DNA from: a virus
Taxonomy: Duplodnaviria > Caudoviricetes
Virus record (IMG/VR): IMGVR_UViG_3300048865_000017
Span: 1 to 40,660 of that record
Strand: one strand, 5' to 3'
DNA length: 40,660 nt
Shown piece after piece: positions 36,169 to 40,660 of the stretch. The translations under genes were made by a program, and so were the position numbers. Position 1 is the first letter of the stretch. The number at the start of each line of letters is the position of its first letter. Under the pieces are notes generated by a model. The model saw only the letters and a program-made list of their open reading frames with translations. It had not been told where the DNA came from and ran no database searches.

Positions 36169-36489
36169 GTGTTCATGTCACAAGCCAACGTTGAACAGGC
36201 AATCATGTTTGTCGCCGCTCATAACCTGTCCTCCATGACTCAGGAAGTCGCAAGGCATCTGGCAGCCACTGATAAACCCGAAAGAGAAGATGGCTCATTC
36301 ATGGCGATGATTCACTATCACCGGCTTTCTGGACTTGTTGAACTACTGGAAAACCCCGTTTCCGATATTTCCCCTCAGACGGCAGCCGCCTTGCGCGAAC
36401 TGAGCCAGCGGGCAGACGAGTTGCTAAACGCCCTAGTAGGTGACGCGGTGGCACCCGACTTTCCAGATACACCCCCGGAAAACCCCTAG
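36169..36489 (+). CDS. Hypothetical protein upstream of parA
   Basis: 106-aa ORF with an AAGGGGG RBS. Confidence 0.6.
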   Translation: MFMSQANVEQAIMFVAAHNLSSMTQEVARHLAATDKPEREDGSFMAMIHYHRLSGLVELLENPVSDISPQTAAALRELSQRADELLNALVGDAVAPDFPDTPPENP

Positions 36490-36534
36490 CATACCCCCGG
36501 TATATCCCTGATATAATTATGCTGTACCTATGAG
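36469..36534. repeat. ATACCCC repeat cluster 3 overlapping the parA promoter
   Basis: ACACCCCCGGA, AAACCCCTAGC, ATACCCCCGGT and ATATCCCTGAT at 36469, 36480, 36491 and 36502, GTACCTATGAG at 36524; TATAAT at 36512-36517. Confidence 0.7.
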
Positions 36535-36545
36535 GGCATCACGGA

Positions 36546-37193
36546 ATGATAGTTTTAGTCACGAACACAAAAGGCGGGTGTGGGAAGTCCACCCATTCAG
36601 TTCAAATAAGCTCCGCACGCGCCATGGCTGGCCACAATGTCTGGCACATCGACGGCAACTTTCAGCCCAGCTCGTTTGACTCGATGCGCGTTAGAAAGCA
36701 CCAGGGCATCGCTGCGCCTATTGCTTTTGATCATATCCCGCTGCCATCGGATCTGGTCCATGCCGTCAAAAGTCAGGCGTCAATTTTTGATGATGTGGTG
36801 ATTGACTGCGGTGGCTTCGACTCAGCGACCATGCGTGAGGCCATGTTACTTGCCGATGTGATCGTTATTCCCTTTAGAACAAAGGGGTACGACTCATGGG
36901 CACTTAAGCAGATGGCGGACTTATGCGCGAAGGCTCAAGCCATGCGCCCTCATGTGCGAATCATGGCGTTCTTGAATGAGACAAAGCCGGGGTTCAGGCC
37001 TGCTGAGAATAAGCGCGCAGCGGATGCCCTGGCCCAATATCCGGCGATTCCTTACGTTGACGCGCCCATCGTCAAGCGTGATGCCTTCCCCGATAGCTCA
37101 TTGGTTGGGCTATCGGTTTTCGAGACAAAGCCAGCCGACCCCAAAGCGGGCCTAGAACTGGCGCGCTTGCTTAAACTGATTTTCGGAGAGTGA
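36546..37193 (+). CDS. parA: ParA-family partition ATPase, type Ib (ParF-like)
   Basis: Deviant Walker A KGGCGKST at the N-terminus with no HTH; Walker B VVIDCGG; AD.IVIP; R.AF...G.SVFE. Confidence 0.92.
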   Translation: MIVLVTNTKGGCGKSTHSVQISSARAMAGHNVWHIDGNFQPSSFDSMRVRKHQGIAAPIAFDHIPLPSDLVHAVKSQASIFDDVVIDCGGFDSATMREAMLLADVIVIPFRTKGYDSWALKQMADLCAKAQAMRPHVRIMAFLNETKPGFRPAENKRAADALAQYPAIPYVDAPIVKRDAFPDSSLVGLSVFETKPADPKAGLELARLLKLIFGE

Positions 37194-37197
37194 CCCC

Positions 37198-37452
37198 ATG
37201 GCCAAAAAGCCCGACTACACAAACCCAGACGCGCTGCTAACAGACGCGGCCCGCGCTCAGTTCGTCAACCAATCCCCTGTTAAACCAGCCAATGTGGTGA
37301 GCGAACGGGAAAAGCTGGAAAAGTACAACTTCAACATGTTGCCAAGCCGCGTGGCGCTGATCGACCAGGCGCGAACCAAAACAGGCTTGACCCGAACGGC
37401 TTATATCAGCCAGGCGATAGCGGAAAAACTAGAACGGGACGGCTTTCTATGA
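37198..37452 (+). CDS. ParG-like ribbon-helix-helix centromere-binding protein
   Basis: 84 aa after parA; flexible N-terminus, then KYNFNM strand and LIDQA..KTGLTRTAYISQAI.EKL helices. Confidence 0.8.
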   Translation: MAKKPDYTNPDALLTDAARAQFVNQSPVKPANVVSEREKLEKYNFNMLPSRVALIDQARTKTGLTRTAYISQAIAEKLERDGFL

Positions 37453-37763
37453 GGTTCTTTATTCTCAACGGGCATAAGGTAGAAGCCATGCCCAATGGCT
37501 GGACAGAATGCGATTGGGCGCGCTGGTACGGCTTAGAAGATCGGCATGTCAAAGACTCCACCTATGGTAATTTTCGCGTCAGCACCGTTTTCCTTGGCAT
37601 TGATACACGGACGTTAAGCAACCTTCCGCCGCTTGTGTTTGAAACGATGGTCTTTGATGAGCAAGACGGGAGGTCAGTAGACGTGATGAGGTGTGAGACC
37701 TGGGAAGAAGCAGAACTACAACACGAAAGCGCTTTGGCTGAAGTAATGCGTCAAAACCAGTGA
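37449..37763 (+). CDS. Conserved hypothetical phage protein
   Basis: VSTVFLGID....PP.VFETMVF....R..TWEEA...H motif; ATGA overlap. Confidence 0.7.
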   Translation: MRFFILNGHKVEAMPNGWTECDWARWYGLEDRHVKDSTYGNFRVSTVFLGIDTRTLSNLPPLVFETMVFDEQDGRSVDVMRCETWEEAELQHESALAEVMRQNQ

Positions 37764-37767
37764 TTAC

Positions 37768-37803
37768 AAAAACCCCCTAATCGTTACGTTCAGGGGGTTT
37801 TTT
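37768..37803. terminator. Bidirectional intrinsic terminator closing the par operon
   Basis: AAAAACCCCCT...AGGGGGTTTTTT. Confidence 0.8.
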
Positions 37804-37809
37804 ATTGTC

Positions 37810-37849
37810 TGTTTTAACCAGGGCACATGATTTGGTCATATGTGGGCCA
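37810..37849. repeat. Inverted-repeat partner of 127-150 and second core-like site
   Basis: TGTTTTAACCAGGGCACATGATTT matches the reverse complement of AAATCATGTGCCCTGGCCAAAACA at 22/24; continues as arm-TTTGGTC-ATATGTG. Confidence 0.75.
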
Positions 37850-37950
37850 GCCCCGGTGCCATCCTGAAAGGCCCGGCTAATGTTGACCTATCGGGCTTTT
37901 GTTCTGGCTTTGTCTGTTTGCTAGTGCCACATGTTATTTAGTGCTTGTTT

Positions 37951-37974
37951 TTGCTCTTGCTCTTGCTCTTGCTC
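37951..37974 (+). repeat. (TTGCTC)4 tandem repeat beside a T5 run
   Basis: Four exact units at 37951, 37957, 37963 and 37969. Confidence 0.9.
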
Positions 37975-38437
37975 TGTAGACAAGCTGATTGGTGAGTGGG
38001 TGGTGGGATCTGGGCGAACCTCACCCTAGAGCGGCTGAGCCGCTCTTAGGTTTACCGCGATGTGCCAAGCCGACCGGAGCCGTGGTTTGGAGCCTCACCG
38101 GGATGGGGTTACAGGACATTGCCCCCACTGCTAGCGTTACGACACGTCGCGCCGCCTATCACGTCGCTAGCCATCAGAACGGATAACGCGCCCAAGGGTT
38201 GCCCCAATCTAAGCGCCAGTCACTGCTTCTGATACCTCATTACGTCGCGGCTTTGATAGAACCCCCGGTAGCCGCCTTCCCCCTTACACGCGCCGTCGTC
38301 TCTTGATCCTTCCACCCACGGGCAAGGGCGGATGTCGGAAAGAACAGCTGAAAGGGGGCATCCATAGATCAGACGGACGGAATCAATTAGCTCTGCCTAC
38401 TGGACAGAACTTTTCGGAGCGTTCAAAATCTGTTTCT

Positions 38438-38538
38438 ACAGATGCCGCGTCTCTTACCTTCCCGGCATCCTGGGGTGAACAGTGTTTGCCGCACTTTTCA
38501 CCCACGTCAGAGGCTCGCTTAGCGGGCCTTTGTCGTTT
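38438..38538 (+). ncRNA. Putative antisense RNA of about 100 nt with three hairpins (RNAI-like)
   Basis: TGGACA-17-CAAAAT promoter (38401-38429); stems 38441-38469, 38473-38503 and 38509-38531; U-rich end; G-U pairs favour the plus strand. Confidence 0.55.
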
Positions 38539-38703
38539 CTGGGGCCAGACTTTACCGCTAGGTTACAAATAAGAAAAGCCCTCTTTTAGTGCTTCCTTAT
38601 GCCATCAGTCCCCAAACCCCCATATTCCGTGGCATAGCCCGTGAAAACATTTTCGCGCCCGGTGTACTATCCGCGCCATAACCCCGCACGGATGATCAGG
38701 CCC

Positions 38704-39798
38704 ATGCCATACAAGCGCCAGGATTCAAAATATTGGTGGATCAGTTACCAAGATACTGATGGGACCTGGCGCAATGAATCAGCCAAAACCACCAGCAAAG
38801 GTGACGCCCGCGCCCTTGAACAGCAAAAACGGGCGGATACCTGGCGCGAACGGCTGGCAGGGGTAAAGCCTAAACGTACCTTTGAAGCGGTAATGAAACC
38901 GTATCTACTCCACGCTAGCCGCGCCCACCGGTCGTACCTCTCCACGGTTGACCGGGTAAAGATGCTTAAAAGCATGTTTGCCGGTCGGTTCATCAATGAT
39001 CTGACGGGCCAGGACATACGAAACTATACCCACCAGCGCACCCTTGAAGGTGCGAAAAACTCGACGATCAACCGCGAATTGTCGGCGCTGTCGGCTGCAA
39101 TCAACTATTGCAATTCAGAGCTAGAGTGGCATCTACCAAACCCGGTCTTAGGTAGGCGAGTTCGTGAACCTGATGGTCGTATTCGCTGGCTCACCCGTGC
39201 TGAGGTTAGCCAGTTGTGCCACGCGGCACGGCAGCAAAGGAACGGCGAATTTCTCGATGATTTCATTAGGGTTGCTGTAAATACAGGTTGCCGCCGTGGC
39301 GAACTCTACGGGCTGGAATGGCGGCGTGTGGATCTGCATAACCGGTTGATCATTCTGGAAAGCGAGCACACGAAAAGCCAAAAGCGCCGGGCAGTGCCGC
39401 TCAACCGTGCGGCCTTTGATGCGTTGCTCAGTCGCCAGGCCTTCCGGGCTGAACACTGCCCTGATAGCCCATATGTGTTTTGTCTAGCGTCCGGCGAGCG
39501 TATCAAGTCAATTCGCAACGCGTTTGAATCTGCCTGCAAAGCGGCGAACATAGCCGACTTCACCATTCATGACCTACGCCACACGTGCGCCGCGTGGCTG
39601 GTGTCATCGGGGGTGCCGCTGCCAGAAGTGCGCGACCTGCTCGGTCATTCCACTATTGTGATGACTGAGAAATATGCCCACCTCGCCCCGCGCCGTGTCC
39701 GTGATGCCGTGGCTATGCTCGATCTTTTCGACGACACACCGGGCGATGTGGTGAGCATCACCCAGGCCAAAGGCAAGAAAGCTGATCAGGCAGGCTGA
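38704..39798 (+). CDS. int: Tyrosine recombinase / integrase
   Basis: N-terminal WWISY arm-binding-like domain; TINREL; catalytic TGCR.GE, TK, HDLRH, LGH and TEKYAH all intact. Confidence 0.93.
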   Translation: MPYKRQDSKYWWISYQDTDGTWRNESAKTTSKGDARALEQQKRADTWRERLAGVKPKRTFEAVMKPYLLHASRAHRSYLSTVDRVKMLKSMFAGRFINDLTGQDIRNYTHQRTLEGAKNSTINRELSALSAAINYCNSELEWHLPNPVLGRRVREPDGRIRWLTRAEVSQLCHAARQQRNGEFLDDFIRVAVNTGCRRGELYGLEWRRVDLHNRLIILESEHTKSQKRRAVPLNRAAFDALLSRQAFRAEHCPDSPYVFCLASGERIKSIRNAFESACKAANIADFTIHDLRHTCAAWLVSSGVPLPEVRDLLGHSTIVMTEKYAHLAPRRVRDAVAMLDLFDDTPGDVVSITQAKGKKADQAG

Positions 39799-39853
39799 TA
39801 CCCAGGGGCAGACCGCTCCGGCCTGATACTGCGCCGCCTGTCTGCTACCTCAA

Positions 39854-39890
39854 TAACCTATTAGGTTAATATAACCTAATAGGTTATAAT
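39854..39890 (+). promoter_or_regulatory. Two MqsA operator palindromes and the -10 box of mqsRA
   Basis: TAACCTATTAGGTTA (39854) and TAACCTAATAGGTTA (39872) fit the TAACCT-N3-AGGTTA MqsA site; TATAAT at 39885-39890. Confidence 0.88.
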
Positions 39891-39896
39891 GCACAC

Positions 39897-40193
39897 ATGG
39901 AAAAGCTAACCCCCCACACCAAACTCCCACTAATCAAAAGCCTGATCAAAAGCGGTCACGTTAGCTTTACTAACTCCGCTGTGATGGGTGCTGACAAGTT
40001 GGGCTTTGATCGTGACGACATGATCGAAACTGCCCTGAGCCTTACCGCTCGGGACTTTCACAAAAGCATGACTACATACGCAGATTCTAAGGTGTGGCAG
40101 GACGTATACCGCCCGATGACCAAAGCCGGGCGGGTATACATGAAATTCACAGTGAGCGACGGTGTGCTAATCGTCAGCTTTAAGGAGTTATAA
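39897..40193 (+). CDS. mqsR: MqsR mRNA interferase toxin
   Basis: MEK.TPH.KL, F.KSMTTY.D..VWQDVYRP, Y.K.TV and VSFKE motifs. Confidence 0.95.
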   Translation: MEKLTPHTKLPLIKSLIKSGHVSFTNSAVMGADKLGFDRDDMIETALSLTARDFHKSMTTYADSKVWQDVYRPMTKAGRVYMKFTVSDGVLIVSFKEL

Positions 40194-40195
40194 AC

Positions 40196-40597
40196 ATGAA
40201 GTGTCCTATATGCGGGCAAGCCGAACTTGTCCGCGACACACGCGACGTTCCATACACCTATAAAGGCCACACCACAATCATCAAAGGTATAACGGGTGAT
40301 TATTGTCAGGCGTGCGGTGAGGCCATTTATAGCTATGAAGAAACAGGCCGACTGTTTGAGGCAATGAAAGCATTCAAACAGAAGATCGACCCGGATCAGG
40401 TCGAACCTGAGTTCATAGAACACGTGCGAAAGAAACTGGCACTTAACCAGCGCGAAGCGGGCGAACTGTTCGGCGGGGGGATTAATGCCTTTTCCCGCTA
40501 TGAGACGGGCAAAGCCACCCCACCCCGGCCCCTGGTGCAATTGTTCAAGCTGTTGGACCGGCACCCGGAATTAATGGACGAACTCAAAAGCGCCTAA
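40196..40597 (+). CDS. mqsA: MqsA antitoxin (Zn ribbon plus HTH)
   Basis: MKCPICG, PYTYKG, C..CGE and RKKL.L.Q.EA..LFGGG.NAFSRYE.GK motifs. Confidence 0.95.
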   Translation: MKCPICGQAELVRDTRDVPYTYKGHTTIIKGITGDYCQACGEAIYSYEETGRLFEAMKAFKQKIDPDQVEPEFIEHVRKKLALNQREAGELFGGGINAFSRYETGKATPPRPLVQLFKLLDRHPELMDELKSA

Positions 40598-40660
40598 CGT
40601 CTGGCCCGTTTTTACAAGCGGTCAAAGGCAAAAATGTTGCTACGTTTTCGCTACGGCAAA

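Larger units (their letters stand above)
37950..38542 (-). ncRNA. Putative long structured RNA of about 560-590 nt (RNAII-like replication pre-primer)
   Basis: No credible ORF; about 10 stems found by eye; weak promoter TTTTCT-17-TAAAGT (38577-38549). Function and strand are inferred. Confidence 0.45.
1..40660. mobile_element. Complete temperate siphophage genome, candidate phage-plasmid (circular, about 40,533 bp)
   Basis: Full head, tail, lysis, immunity and replication modules plus ParA/RHH, an Xer-like site, a tyrosine recombinase and a TA pair; the ends overlap by 127 bp. Confidence 0.93.

Noticed and set aside
33167-36534. ATACCCC arrays as CRISPR repeats
   Set aside because: The units are 11 bp, degenerate and without spacers, and there are no cas genes.
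37921-38025. Minus-strand EQEQEQEQK frame suggesting a rep gene remnant
   Set aside because: The frame is closed by a stop at 38026-38028, is only about 34 codons long and has no convincing start.
37989-38572. ORF-track calls 37989-38186 and 38303-38572
   Set aside because: TTG starts without a clear RBS, no protein motifs, and they overlap dense RNA-like stems.
40534-40660. 127-bp terminal direct repeat as a biological DTR or attL/attR
   Set aside because: It cuts through mqsA, equals a common assembler k-mer length, and the terminase/HNH set points to cos packaging.

Overview
The window is an apparently complete, circularly assembled temperate siphovirus genome of about 40,533 bp; bases 1-127 duplicate 40534-40660 as an assembly overlap. 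The host is probably a Pseudomonas-like gammaproteobacterium, judged only from recalled protein-family resemblance. The minus strand (357-31157) carries cro, O/P-type replication genes, an FtsK-gamma protein, RuvC, a putative late regulator with pR'/tR', holin, HNH, an HK97-type head, a non-contractile tail and a GH108 endolysin. The remainder carries cI, small accessory genes and a set of plasmid-maintenance parts: type Ib ParA plus an RHH partner with three 11-bp-period ATACCCC arrays, a cer/dif-like XerCD site (34757-34785), an intact tyrosine recombinase and mqsRA. This points to a phage-plasmid, yet no plasmid Rep protein is visible. The best candidate for an undescribed system is the ORF-free, hairpin-dense region 37800-38700. 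It looks like an RNA-primed, antisense-controlled replicon with ColE1 RNAI/RNAII-like architecture. Together with the recombinase and mqsRA, it is bracketed by 22/24-bp inverted repeats related to a 12-7-12 recombinase-core-like palindrome at 214-244. Also notable are a cI whose S24 catalytic Ser appears replaced by Glu and a possible FtsK-gamma/Xer-site partnership. All calls were made by eye; no database search or folding computation was run.
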